A stretch of 64,000 nt of DNA from Hyalangium minutum (GCF_000737315.1 NZ_JMCB01000020.1:1-64000), one strand, 5' to 3'. Positions 50,427-60,542 are shown, counted from the first letter of the stretch. Translations and numbers: made by a program. Notes: generated from the letters alone by a model not told the origin.

Positions 50427-51563
50427 TTGTCCCGGATGCGACTGGGCCGGTACGAACTGATCCGAAAGCTTGCCAGGGGCGGGATGGCGGAGCTGTTCCT
50501 CGCCCGGGCGGAAGGTCCTGGGGGATTCGCGAAGACGCTGGCGCTCAAACGCATTCTCCCAAACCTGGCGGAGGATCCCGCGTTCGTGGCCATGTTCCTG
50601 AGCGAGGCGCGGCTGGCCTCGCGGCTCCACCACACGAACCTGGTGCAGATCTTCGACTGTGGGAAAGCGGAGGGTGGCTACTACCTGGCGATGGAGTACA
50701 TCGACGGGCCCAACCTGCGGGGGCTGGGGCGGTGTGCGAGCGGGCTGGGCGTTCCCTTTCCGCTGGAGCTCTGCGCGTGGATCATCGCCGAGGCGTGTGA
50801 GGGCTTGTCGCACGCGCACGAGTTCTGCGATCCGGGGACGCAGAAGCCGCTGGAGCTGGTGCACCGGGACGTGAGCCTGGACAACATCCTGGTGTCTCGG
50901 GAGGGCTCGGTGAAGGTGGTGGATTTTGGTATCGCGAAGGTGGCGGACCAGGTGCACCGGACACAGACGGGCATCATCAAGGGCAAGCTCACGTACATGC
51001 CGCCCGAGCAGCTGCGGGGCAAGAAGCTGGACCGGCGGGTGGACGTGTACGCGCTGGGAGTGGTGCTCTACGAGCTGCTCACGAGCCGCAAGCCGTTCGA
51101 CGCGACGACGGAGGCGAGCATTGCGAAGGCGATCCTCTTCGAGCCGTTGGTTCCGGCGGTGAAGCGTCGGCCGGACCTACCCAAGGCGCTGCAGGTGATT
51201 CTGGATCGGGCGCTGGCGAAGGACCGGGAGCAGCGTTATCCGGACTGCCGTGCGTTCCAGGCGGACCTGGAGCGCTTCATTCGTGCGCAGCGCAAGCCCA
51301 TGGGCTCGGCGCAACTGGCGCGGTTCGTGGAGCGGGTGATGGGCCCTCCGGCGGTGGAGCCGCCTTCGATGCCTCCGCATGCACCGCCTCGAGCAGCGCT
51401 GGTGGAGACGCGGGCATCGAGCCCGCGGCGCAACGTGGTGAGCACCTCGGAGAGCATGAGGGCGCCGAAGCTGTCCACGGAGGCATCGGCTCTAGAGAGC
51501 GAAGCGGAGACAACCGAGCAGCTGGCAACGACAGAGCTTCTGGCCGCGCCCTATCAGGGCTGA
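50427..51563 (+). CDS. Soluble Ser/Thr protein kinase
   Basis: [38 protein letters not shown]; no TM or sensor domain. Confidence 0.9.
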   Translation: MSRMRLGRYELIRKLARGGMAELFLARAEGPGGFAKTLALKRILPNLAEDPAFVAMFLSEARLASRLHHTNLVQIFDCGKAEGGYYLAMEYIDGPNLRGLGRCASGLGVPFPLELCAWIIAEACEGLSHAHEFCDPGTQKPLELVHRDVSLDNILVSREGSVKVVDFGIAKVADQVHRTQTGIIKGKLTYMPPEQLRGKKLDRRVDVYALGVVLYELLTSRKPFDATTEASIAKAILFEPLVPAVKRRPDLPKALQVILDRALAKDREQRYPDCRAFQADLERFIRAQRKPMGSAQLARFVERVMGPPAVEPPSMPPHAPPRAALVETRASSPRRNVVSTSESMRAPKLSTEASALESEAETTEQLATTELLAAPYQG

Positions 51564-51578
51564 CAGCCAGGAGCGGGA

Positions 51579-51758
51579 GGTCACCAGCCGCAGGAGCACG
51601 GCTCTTGCGAGCACGTGCCCCTGCGGCGACAGCCCACTCAACATGCTGTCGGCAGGCCTCGCCAGCGAACCAGCAACCCCCCCCATGCTGGCGCAGCTCT
51701 GCCTGGTGAATCACTTTCTCGTCGGGTTCCGTTGCTCCTACAGCTGCGTCGCCGCGAG
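51579..51758 (-). pseudogene. Decayed fragment of an nSTAND1 kinase paralogue
   Basis: LAATQL*EQRNPTRK*FTRQSCASMGGVAGSLARPADSMLSGLSPQGHVLARAVLLRLVT aligns with [60 protein letters not shown] in the 45359-48400 protein; two in-frame stops. Confidence 0.8.
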
Positions 51759-52026
51759 GCTCGAGCGCGACCTCACGGAGGAGAATCCCGTACCGGAAGT
51801 GGAAGCAGAGACCAGAGGGCGGTTGGGTTCATGTTCCGGTTTCGTGCAGGTGAGGAAGTGTCTCCGGGCCCACGCCGCCGCCGATCACCACACCACCCAC
51901 GCCGCCGACTTCAGTCGGAGACAGGCAAGACGGGTAAATAAGGCCGGTCGTGGAGAACGGAAGTGCCCTGCCCTCGGAGGCAATACCTGTGTTGAACCGG
52001 ACGCTCGCCTTCTCGGGATTCGAGAC

Positions 52027-53943
52027 TCAGCTCACCAGAGTGAACTCGATGCGGCCCAGCAGCTCGTCCGTGGAGCTCACCTTCACCTGCAGCGGCATGC
52101 CGATGCTGAACGTCTTCTCCGCGCTGATCAGCGACGTCTCGCGCGCGTCCGGCCGGTAGGGGCCGCCCGGCAGCGCATCCATCGGCACCACGCCCTCCAC
52201 CAGCATGTCGTCCAGCTGGACGATCAGCCCGAACGGCTTCACGCGCGTAATCCGTCCCAGGTACGTCTTGCCTACATGCGAGGCCATCAGCCGCGCCTCG
52301 AGCATGCGGTGGCGATCCTGCTCCGCCCGTGAGGCCGCCCGGGCCCGCTCGTTGATGTGCACGGCCAGCTGCTCCACGGCCGGATCCTGGTGCATGAAGT
52401 CCCGGCGCCCGCGCAGGTACTGCTTGAGCGTGCGGTGGACCACCAGATCCGCGTACCGCCGGATGGGCGAGGTGAAGTGCAGGTACCACTTCGCCGCCAG
52501 CCCGAAGTGTCCCGAGGGCACCACCGTGTAGCGCGCCAGCCCCAGCGAGCGCCGCAGCACCGCGCGCAGCGCCGGCTCCGCCGTGCAGCCGGAGATCTGC
52601 TTGTCGAACGCCGCCAGCGCCAGCGGCGTCAGCCGCCCCCCGAAGCCCGCCGCGAACCCCGAGTGCTGCGCGAACGCCGCCAGGTCCGCCACCCGCTGCG
52701 GATCCGGCTCGTCCTGGATGCGGTAGAGCCCCGGCAGCCCGCGCGCCAGCATCCACTCGCCAATGGCCTCGTTGGCCGCCACCATGAAGCGCTCAATCAG
52801 CTTGTGCGCGGACGTGGGCCGCACGTTCTCGATGCCGGACACCTGGCCCGTCTCGGCGTCGAAGGTGAAGCGCGCCTCTTCGCGAGCCATCTCCATGCCG
52901 CCGCGCCCCGCCCGCGCCACCGCCAGCCGCGCTGCCGCCGCGCGGAACCACGGCATGGCCTCCTTCACCGGCTCCATGGCCGGAGACACCCGCCCCTTGT
53001 CCAGGAAGTCCGCCACCTCGTCGTAGTTCAGCCGCGCCCACGAGCGGATGAGGCTCTCGTACACGTCCGCCGCCGTGACGCGCCCCTCGGCGTCGATGCG
53101 CAGCTCCACCGTGAGGCACCGCCGCTCCTCGCGCGGCACCAGGCTCAGCCAGTGCGCCGACAGCTCCTCGGGCAGCATGGGCAGCACGTGGCCCGCCAGG
53201 TACACGCTCGTGGCCCGCTCGCGCGCCGCCGCGTCCAGCACCGAGCCCTCCGTGACGAACTCCGCCACATCCGCGATGGACACCAGCAGCCGCAGCGCCC
53301 CATCCGCCCCCGCCGGCAGCACGGAGATGGCGTCATCAATGTCCCGCGTGGAGGGCGCATCCACCGTGACGGTGGGCACCTCGCGCAAGTCCCGGCGCGC
53401 CCCCAGCGCATGCGGTATTGCCTGGGCCGCCCGCGCCGCTTCCACCACCTCGGGCGCGAAGTCCCGCCGCAGCCCGTGCCGGGCGATGACGCGCTCGATG
53501 GAGCGGTCCGCCCCTGGCTCCAGCTTGTAGACGGGCACCACCTTGCCCTCGGCCACGCGCGCCACCACCGCGTCCCCGGGCTGTACCGCCACGCCGCCCG
53601 GCTCCAGCGGCCAGTCCGTGTTCGCCACCTCCTTGTCGATGCGCAGGTACGCAGCGCCCTTGCGCGTCACCACCTCGCCGAACACCTGCTCCCGCGTGCG
53701 CTGCACCAGTGAGAGCCCACTCGCCGCCCACCGCCCATCCGTGCCCTGGCTCACCGTCGCGGAGACGACATCTCCCGCCAGGAACGCCGACAGCTCCGGC
53801 GGCGGAATGAACGCGGACAGCACCTCTCCCGAGGGCGGGGGCGTGGCCACCAGAAAACCGAATCCACGAGGGTGGATGTCGATGCGCCCTGTGACAGAGC
53901 GTGAAGCAGAGGTGTTACTGGGGAGAGGAGTGAGCTGTGACAT
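52027..53943 (-). CDS. rnr: RNase R / RNase II (VacB/RNB) family exoribonuclease
   Basis: IDIHPRGFGF cold-shock domain; catalytic VDAPSTRDIDDAIS; HFTSPIRRYADL; C-terminal S1 domain. Confidence 0.92.
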   Translation of the reverse strand: MSQLTPLPSNTSASRSVTGRIDIHPRGFGFLVATPPPSGEVLSAFIPPPELSAFLAGDVVSATVSQGTDGRWAASGLSLVQRTREQVFGEVVTRKGAAYLRIDKEVANTDWPLEPGGVAVQPGDAVVARVAEGKVVPVYKLEPGADRSIERVIARHGLRRDFAPEVVEAARAAQAIPHALGARRDLREVPTVTVDAPSTRDIDDAISVLPAGADGALRLLVSIADVAEFVTEGSVLDAAARERATSVYLAGHVLPMLPEELSAHWLSLVPREERRCLTVELRIDAEGRVTAADVYESLIRSWARLNYDEVADFLDKGRVSPAMEPVKEAMPWFRAAAARLAVARAGRGGMEMAREEARFTFDAETGQVSGIENVRPTSAHKLIERFMVAANEAIGEWMLARGLPGLYRIQDEPDPQRVADLAAFAQHSGFAAGFGGRLTPLALAAFDKQISGCTAEPALRAVLRRSLGLARYTVVPSGHFGLAAKWYLHFTSPIRRYADLVVHRTLKQYLRGRRDFMHQDPAVEQLAVHINERARAASRAEQDRHRMLEARLMASHVGKTYLGRITRVKPFGLIVQLDDMLVEGVVPMDALPGGPYRPDARETSLISAEKTFSIGMPLQVKVSSTDELLGRIEFTLVS

Positions 53944-53979
53944 TCGCGCCAGAACCTACCATTGAGATAGGTGGGTAAA

Positions 53980-53993
53980 TTGTATTATTACAA
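53980..53993. promoter_or_regulatory. AT-rich palindrome TTGTA-N4-TACAA in the divergent rnr/protease promoter region; TTGACA at 54012-54017
   Basis: Perfect dyad inside a strongly AT-rich intergenic island; no convincing -10 element found. Confidence 0.4.
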
Positions 53994-54075
53994 AATAAGC
54001 TGATTACACTGTTGACACCGGCTCGTTTGAAAGACAAGTATTCGCGCCATCCCCCCATTTTCCAAGGAGTCGGGA

Positions 54076-54963
54076 ATGTTGCGTGGTTTCAACTGGAAGA
54101 GCGGCCTGGTGGTCGGTGCGATGGTGGCCTTCACGGGCTGTACGCAGTCGGAGAGCCAGGAGCAGCAGCCCGCACCGACACAGCAGGAGGCGGCTCCGGC
54201 GGCGCGCGGGTGCGCCACGCAGGATCTGAGCCAGGAAGAGCAGAACTTGGTCGAGGCGACCCTGCGTGAGACGCGCAGCCAGATGGCGGCCAACGGCTCC
54301 ATCACCATCAACGTGTACTGGCACGTCATCAACAACGGGACGGGAATTGCCAACGGCGACCTTCCCCAGTCGCAGATTGACGACCAGATTGCCGTGCTGA
54401 ACGCGGCGTACGCGAACACTCCGTTCAAGTTCGCCCTGGCGAGCGTGGACCGCACCACCAACGCCACCTGGTACACCTCCAGCGGCGGCACCTCCGAGAC
54501 GCAGATGAAGAACGCGCTGCGCAAGGGCACCGCGGACGACCTGAACGTCTACTCGAACAACATGGGCGGCGGCCTGCTGGGCTGGGCGACCTTCCCCTCG
54601 TCCTACACGTCCTCGCCGAAGCTGGACGGCGTGGTCATCCTGTATTCGTCCGTGCCGGGCGGCACCGCGGCGCCGTACAACCTGGGTGATACGGCGACCC
54701 ACGAGATCGGCCACTGGCTGGGCCTGTACCACACGTTCCAGGGCGGCTGCGCCAAGAACAACGATGGTGTGGATGACACCCCGCAGGAGAAGTCGCCTGC
54801 GTACGGTTGCCCCGCCGGCCGCGACACCTGCACGCGTGACACGGGTGCGGACCCCATCTACAACTTCATGGACTACACCGACGACAGCTGCATGAACACG
54901 TTCACCACGGGCCAGCGCACGCGCATGGACTCCATGTGGACGTCGTACCGCCTGGGCAAGTAG
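54076..54963 (+). CDS. M43 (ulilysin/pappalysin-like) zinc metalloprotease, probable lipoprotein
   Basis: HEIGHWLGLYH zinc motif, NFMDY Met-turn, RGC cysteine switch, FTGC lipobox; AAGGAG RBS. Confidence 0.93.
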   Translation: MLRGFNWKSGLVVGAMVAFTGCTQSESQEQQPAPTQQEAAPAARGCATQDLSQEEQNLVEATLRETRSQMAANGSITINVYWHVINNGTGIANGDLPQSQIDDQIAVLNAAYANTPFKFALASVDRTTNATWYTSSGGTSETQMKNALRKGTADDLNVYSNNMGGGLLGWATFPSSYTSSPKLDGVVILYSSVPGGTAAPYNLGDTATHEIGHWLGLYHTFQGGCAKNNDGVDDTPQEKSPAYGCPAGRDTCTRDTGADPIYNFMDYTDDSCMNTFTTGQRTRMDSMWTSYRLGK

Positions 54964-54987
54964 TCATCGCCTGAGCAGGTGCTCATG

Positions 54988-55024
54988 AACGCCGGGGTGC
55001 TCTGTGCACCTCGGCGTTTTCATT
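54988..55024 (+). terminator. Intrinsic terminator after the protease
   Basis: 13-bp stem AACGCCGGGGTGC / GCACCTCGGCGTT followed by TTCATT. Confidence 0.75.
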
Positions 55025-55092
55025 TCGTCCGTGGCGGCCCCTGGCGAACCCGCGCGTTGAGCGCCCAGGCGGATGTTCTAGGATCGCCGCCC

Positions 55093-56352
55093 ATGACGCG
55101 CGCCCCCCCGGACCCCAGCAAGGCCCGCCACCCCGTGGCCTACCTCTCGGACGTCGAGGGCATCTGGGAGAAGCTCGTCAGCTTCTGCCAGGACAACCCG
55201 CACGTCTCTCTCGAGGAGGGGGAGCGGCTCCAGGTCCAGCCGGGCGCCACGTTCGTGTTCGGCGGGGACGCCATCGACCGGGGGCCCGCCGGGCGCCGGG
55301 TGGTGCGGGTGCTGCTGGAGGCATGGCGGCGGCAGCCCTCGCAGGTCGTGCTGCTCGCGGGCAACCGGGACATCAACAAGCTGCGCCTGGTGCGCGAGCT
55401 GAGAGGACACCCGCCTCCCCGGATGCCTCTCGAGGTGCGCGAGGCCTCCCGTCCCGCGCAGCTGCGGTGGATCTTCGAGAACTCCATGGGCGCACGCGGG
55501 GCCTTCGCGTTCCGCCACGCGGAGCTGGCCAGCACGGGCGCCTCCGTCAGTGACGAGGAGGTGGTGGACAGCTTCCTGGAGGACCTGGGCCCTGGAGGAC
55601 TGCTGCGCGACTACCTCTTCGCGTGCCGGCTGGTGCACCGCATCGGCAACACGCTCTTTGTCCACGGTGGGGTGCACGAGCAGAGCGTGGGGCGGGTGCC
55701 CTCGCGCGAGCCGGTGCGGGACGTGGACGCCTGGGGCGAGGCCCTCAACCACTGGTACGCGGAACAGCTCGAGGCCTTCGCCGAGCACCGCCTCGATTCG
55801 GAGGGCACGCCCGTCTGGCAGGCGCTCATCGCCTACCAGGCGCCCACTCCCGGCGAGCGCATGAACAAAGGCAGCGTGGTGTACGGCCGCATGGCCGACG
55901 AGCACAACCATCCCACGCTGCCCGCTCAGCCCTTGAGGGACACGCTGCGCCGCGTGGGCATCCACCGCGTCGTGGTGGGCCACACGCCGAGCGGGGACAG
56001 CCCCTCGGTGGTGCGCGCCGAGGGCTTCGAGCTCATCTGCGCGGACAACTCCTATGGCCGCGTCGAGGGCGCCTCGCAGCTCTTCATCCGGGACGACAGC
56101 GTGTACGTGCAGGGCCGCGCCAGGTTGGACGGCGGGCAGCTGGAGCACGTCCGCTTCCAGCTCGCGCTGGAGGATGACGCCTCGTGGATCGGCCGGCAGG
56201 TGGTGGACACCGGCCAGCTGGTGAAGGGACCGCTGGAGAGCGGGAGCTGGCTGCTGTTCCGGGCCCTGCCGCAGCAGCGCGTCGAGCAGCTCTCGCTCGC
56301 CCCGGATGCGCTCGCGGAGCGGAGCCTGGGCCTGGCGCGGACCGGACCCTGA
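55093..56352 (+). CDS. Calcineurin-like metallophosphoesterase, atypical motif variant
   Basis: YLSDVEG, GGDAIDRGP, LAGNRDINK, FVHGG, VVGHTP. Confidence 0.85.
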   Translation: MTRAPPDPSKARHPVAYLSDVEGIWEKLVSFCQDNPHVSLEEGERLQVQPGATFVFGGDAIDRGPAGRRVVRVLLEAWRRQPSQVVLLAGNRDINKLRLVRELRGHPPPRMPLEVREASRPAQLRWIFENSMGARGAFAFRHAELASTGASVSDEEVVDSFLEDLGPGGLLRDYLFACRLVHRIGNTLFVHGGVHEQSVGRVPSREPVRDVDAWGEALNHWYAEQLEAFAEHRLDSEGTPVWQALIAYQAPTPGERMNKGSVVYGRMADEHNHPTLPAQPLRDTLRRVGIHRVVVGHTPSGDSPSVVRAEGFELICADNSYGRVEGASQLFIRDDSVYVQGRARLDGGQLEHVRFQLALEDDASWIGRQVVDTGQLVKGPLESGSWLLFRALPQQRVEQLSLAPDALAERSLGLARTGP

Positions 56353-56438
56353 GCCCCGCTCTGCTGCTCTGGGTCAGAGCACTCACCCGGAGAGGGGCTG
56401 CGGCCCGGCTGCTTGTACCACCCGCGCTCTGCGACGTG

Positions 56439-57137
56439 AACCCGTCGATGTGGGCCGGCTATGCCTTCGCCAAGGACTTCCGCTGCGGCCAGTGCCACGA
56501 CGAGTACTACTTCCAGGGCAAGGAGAAGCGGCTCACGTACCCGTGGGACAAGGGCCTGAAGATTGAAAACATCCTGGCCTACTACGAGGAGAACGGACAC
56601 AAGGACTGGACGCACGCGCTCACCGGGGCGCCGGTGCTCAAGGCCCAGCACCCCGAGTTCGAGATGTGGAACCAGGGCATCCACGCGCGCTCGGGCGTGG
56701 CGTGCGCGGACTGCCACATGCCGTACCAGCGCGTGGGCGCGCTGAAGATCAGCGACCACCACGTGCGCAGCCCGCTGCTCAACATCAACCGGGCGTGCCA
56801 GCCGTGCCACCACTTCTCCGAGGAGGAACTGCGCTCTCGCGCCGAGGCCATCCAGGAGCGCACCTTCAAGCTGCGCAACCAGGCGATGGATGCGCTGGTG
56901 GGGCTCATCACGGACTTGAAGGCGGCGAAGGACGCGGGCCGGCCGGACGCGGAGCTGGCCCCGGTGTAGGCGCTGCAGCGGCGCGCGCAGTTCATGTTGG
57001 ACTTCATCGAAGCAGAGAACTCCATGGGCTTCCACGCGCCGCAGGAGGCCGCCCGGGTGCTCGCCGAGTCCGCCAACCTGTCGCGCCAGGGGCAGATCCT
57101 CCTGAGGGATCCGAAGTTCCAGCCTCAGGTGCCCTGA
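56439..57137 (+). pseudogene. nrfA: Cytochrome c552 nitrite reductase (NrfA) pseudogene: 5' loss, internal deletion, premature TAG at 56967-56969
   Basis: MWAGYAFAKDFR fused directly to CGQCH.EYYF; KAQHPEFE; CADCH; CQPCH; after the stop, [19 protein letters not shown]. Confidence 0.9.
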
Positions 57138-57165
57138 TGTGCGACGCCAGGCCCTAGAAACACGA

Positions 57166-57195
57166 AGAGGGCCCCCCTTTTCAGTGGGACCCTCT
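57166..57195. terminator. Imperfect hairpin between the nrfA remnant and pirin
   Basis: AGAGGG.CCC / GGG.CCCTCT stem. Confidence 0.35.
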
Positions 57196-57404
57196 CCGGC
57201 CAACTCACCCGGCTACCCCCTCACTGGTAGACGGGCGGGGCGAACTGCAATTCGTCTGGTTCTTGTTCCGCGAGCCAAGCCATGAGCAAAGCGCGGGCCA
57301 ATCGGTAAATCCTTGAATTGACGAGAGTGCAGTGAAGCCGCCGGGCCGAGTGGAGTGGACATGCGTATTCCAGGTGTCCTCGTTTGGGACACCCCCCTCG
57401 CGCT

Positions 57405-58547
57405 TCAGGCCGGGCGCTCGGTGCGGCCGTCGGCGTGACGCGCGAACCGGCCCTCTTCCCGCGGGTGGACAGGATCCTCGCTCGGCCACGGCCAGCCGCC
57501 GAAGCGCGTACGTTGGAAGTCGATGTAGGCCTGCTGGATCTCCGCCCGCGAGCTCATCACGAACGGCCCGTGCTGCACGATGGGCTCCTGGATGGGGCGG
57601 CCTTGCAGCATCAGCAGCTCCACCTCGTCCGGGCCGCCCTCCAGGGGTGCCTCCACCTCGGCGCGGAGCGTGAGGGCCTGGGCCGGAGGAATGGCGCGGC
57701 CACCCACGCGCAGCCCCGTGCCTCGGAAGAAGTACAGGGTGCGGTTCGTGCCGGGGCTTGCCGCGGGCAGCGTCCACCGGGCGCCGGGGCTCAGCTTGAG
57801 GGTCCAGATGGCCACGTCCGTGTCGGGACGGGACGCCCAGGACTTGGGGGGAGGGGAGAGCGGGCGCTGCTCGCCCAGCCGGCCGGCGATGACAGTCACC
57901 TCCGTGGTCCGCCCCGCGTCGTCCCGCGCCACGTGCCTGGGGATGAGGTTGTTCCACAGCATGGCGAAGTGGGGCTGGGCGAACTTGTCCTCGCGCGGCA
58001 GGTTGAGCCAGATCTGGAAGAGCTCGAGCGGGTTGGCCTTCTCGCGGCTCGTCAGCGGGAACATCTCCGAGTGGAGGATGCCCTGGCCCGCCGTGAGCCA
58101 CTGCACGTCGCCGCCGCCATAGCGGGCCGCCGCCCCGAGCGAGTCCGAGTGGTCGAGCAGGCCCTGGCGGACCACCGTCACCGTCTCGAAGCCCCGGTGG
58201 GGGTGCGAGGGGAAGCCCGGCACGGACATGCCGTGGTACATGCGCCAGCCGTCCTTGCCCGCGAAGTCCTGGCCCAAGTCCCTCCCCGCCAGTGATGCGG
58301 CCGGGCCCATCCGCTCGTTGCCCGCCGGGTAGCGGTCGTCATGGTGGACGCAGAAGAGGAACGGGTTCGGCGTGCGCCACGGGAAGCCCAGCGGCTCCAC
58401 GCTCAGAATGGGGTCCGGAGCCTGGGGGGCCTTCGAGATGGTGCCCGTCTCCTCACGGCTCTCGGTGACGCGCGAGCATCCCACGGCGGCGGTTGCTCCC
58501 GCCGCGACAATCACCTTCAGCGCATCTCTCCGGGTCACATCACTCAC
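57405..58547 (-). CDS. Pirin-family cupin with Tat lipoprotein signal
   Basis: TRRDALK plus lipobox AVGC; HPHRGFETVT and HSEM metal ligands; QLWLNLP-like QIWLNLP. Confidence 0.88.
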   Translation of the reverse strand: MSDVTRRDALKVIVAAGATAAVGCSRVTESREETGTISKAPQAPDPILSVEPLGFPWRTPNPFLFCVHHDDRYPAGNERMGPAASLAGRDLGQDFAGKDGWRMYHGMSVPGFPSHPHRGFETVTVVRQGLLDHSDSLGAAARYGGGDVQWLTAGQGILHSEMFPLTSREKANPLELFQIWLNLPREDKFAQPHFAMLWNNLIPRHVARDDAGRTTEVTVIAGRLGEQRPLSPPPKSWASRPDTDVAIWTLKLSPGARWTLPAASPGTNRTLYFFRGTGLRVGGRAIPPAQALTLRAEVEAPLEGGPDEVELLMLQGRPIQEPIVQHGPFVMSSRAEIQQAYIDFQRTRFGGWPWPSEDPVHPREEGRFARHADGRTERPA

Positions 58548-58583
58548 GCGGCACCTCAGTTCTCCTGTTGCCCACGCGCGAGT

Positions 58584-60542
58584 CTACGCAGGCCTTCCTG
58601 GGTCCTCAATCCGCGACGGGCGCGGGGCGTTCAGCTCAAGGGGGGAGAGGGGCAGCTCCAGGGTGAAGGTGGCGCCCTGGCCGGGCCCGGAGCTGCCGCA
58701 CGACAGCCGGCCTTGCATCTCCTCGGCCGCCAACGCGCTGATGTGCAGCCCGAAGCCATGGCCGTCCTTCTTGGTGGTAAAGCCCTGGCTGAACATGCGT
58801 GGCAGGTTCTCCGGCACAATGCCCATGCCGTTGTCCTGCACTTCGATGCGCAGCCGGTTCCCTTCGGGCGAGCGCAGCACTCGGATGGTCAGGTGCTTCT
58901 CCGGCGCCGGGCTGCCCACCAGCGCATGCCGCGCGTTGCTCAGCAGGTTCACGAGGATCTGCAGCAGCTTGTGCCGGTCCACGAGGATGGGGGGAACCTG
59001 GGCGTATTCGCGATCGATCTGAATGCCCAGCCGCTCGAAGGAGACGGCGTGCAGGCGCAGCGCCTCGTCGATGAGCTGGGGCACGGCCAGCTCCTCCACC
59101 GTGCCGCCCGCGCGCGCGTGCTTCTGCTGCATGCTGACAATGGACTTGATGTGCTCCACGCTCTCGCCCAGCGCGCGCATCTCCCGCATGACGCCGTCCC
59201 GCTCTTCCTGGAGCTCGTCCGACAGGGCGATGAGGTAGGGAGGGAGCTTCCGTCCCTGCGGATCCTGCGAGAAGAAGGCGGGGAAGTCCGAGGCGTGCTC
59301 GCGCATCAGCTGAGCGGCCTTGGCCAGGTTGGAGAGGCGGGACTTGCGCAGCTGGTCCAGGACGACGCCCGTGGAGATGTTCACGCTGTTGAGCGTGTTG
59401 CCCACGTTGTGCAGCACCCCCGTGGCGATCTCCGCCATGCCCGCCTGCCGGGAGACGTCCACCAGCGTGCGGTGCATCTCTCCCAGGCGGGACTCGGCCT
59501 CCTTGCGCGCGGTGATGTCCCGGCTGAAGATCGTGATGCCCAGGGGCTGGCCGTCCTCGCCCAGGATGGGGTTGATGCTGATGTCCATCATCTCGTTCCC
59601 GGTCCTGACCATGGGCTGCTCCTCGAAGCGCAGCCGCCGGCCTTGGAGCACCTGGGTGATGCGGGCCGCCCACGCCTCCCGGACCTCCGGAGGCGCCTGG
59701 ACGAAGAAGTCGTGCCCCGGCTGCAGCTCTCTGCCGTAGAGCTGGCGGTAGCGCTGCATGGCCGCCGCGTTGGCGGTGAGCAGGTTGCCCTGGGGATCCA
59801 GGGAGACGATCAGGTCATCCGTGCTGTCGATGACGCTGCCGAGCTGGCTCTCGCGCTTGCGGAGCACCTTCAGGGTGCGCTCGAGCGTTGTCTGGGCCGC
59901 GTCCTTCGCGGTGCTGTGCAGCACACCCAGCACCCAGGCCCCCAGGAAGGCGATGCCCGCGATGCCGTACGAGAACCAAAGCTTGGTGGTCTCCGGCCCC
60001 GGGAGCACGTGGCCCGCTGTCACCCGGTAGAGCGGTTGGCCCAGGCCCAGCGAGAGGCACAGGAACAAGGTGAAGAGGAGTCCCAGGCGGGGGCCCACCA
60101 GGTACACGGCGAGTGCTGGCAGCAGCATCGTCACCGCGTGGGTTCCGCCCCGGGGGTTCGGGTCCATGTAGATCATCCCCACCAGGCCCACCGTCATGGT
60201 CGCCAGCAGGAGTATCGCGGGCGCGGTGATCGTGTGGCCCTGGCGGGTCAGCACGAGGACACTCAGGTAGAGCAGGCTGACGATGACGGCGGGGGTTACG
60301 GGCTGACTCATCTCGATCAGCCACAGCACGACGACGGCGTTGAGCAGGAACAGGAAGCAGGCGGCGCCGGCCAGGATGCGGTGGCGGACGAGGTCCGCGG
60401 GAGAGGCCTTGCGCAAGGGCTCGGACAGCAGGGCGTCCAGGAGCCCGAGCAGCCAGGGTGTCTTCTCGGGGGGCAGCGAGGGGGAAGCCAGGGGAGCGGC
60501 GGGCTCGGGAGGGCTGGACGGAAGTGCGGGCAGAGTCGACAT
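58584..60542 (-). CDS. Membrane PAS histidine kinase (myxobacterial HNVGN type)
   Basis: Five to six N-terminal TM helices, PAS, GVLHNVGNTLNSV, NLLSNARHA, FTTKKDGHGFGL. Confidence 0.92.
   Translation of the reverse strand: MSTLPALPSSPPEPAAPLASPSLPPEKTPWLLGLLDALLSEPLRKASPADLVRHRILAGAACFLFLLNAVVVLWLIEMSQPVTPAVIVSLLYLSVLVLTRQGHTITAPAILLLATMTVGLVGMIYMDPNPRGGTHAVTMLLPALAVYLVGPRLGLLFTLFLCLSLGLGQPLYRVTAGHVLPGPETTKLWFSYGIAGIAFLGAWVLGVLHSTAKDAAQTTLERTLKVLRKRESQLGSVIDSTDDLIVSLDPQGNLLTANAAAMQRYRQLYGRELQPGHDFFVQAPPEVREAWAARITQVLQGRRLRFEEQPMVRTGNEMMDISINPILGEDGQPLGITIFSRDITARKEAESRLGEMHRTLVDVSRQAGMAEIATGVLHNVGNTLNSVNISTGVVLDQLRKSRLSNLAKAAQLMREHASDFPAFFSQDPQGRKLPPYLIALSDELQEERDGVMREMRALGESVEHIKSIVSMQQKHARAGGTVEELAVPQLIDEALRLHAVSFERLGIQIDREYAQVPPILVDRHKLLQILVNLLSNARHALVGSPAPEKHLTIRVLRSPEGNRLRIEVQDNGMGIVPENLPRMFSQGFTTKKDGHGFGLHISALAAEEMQGRLSCGSSGPGQGATFTLELPLSPLELNAPRPSRIEDPGRPA

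Noticed and set aside
51643-52026. ORFs between the kinase and rnr, including a Gly/Val-rich stretch on the - strand
   Set aside because: No coherent start, codon bias or homology beyond the nSTAND1 fragment.
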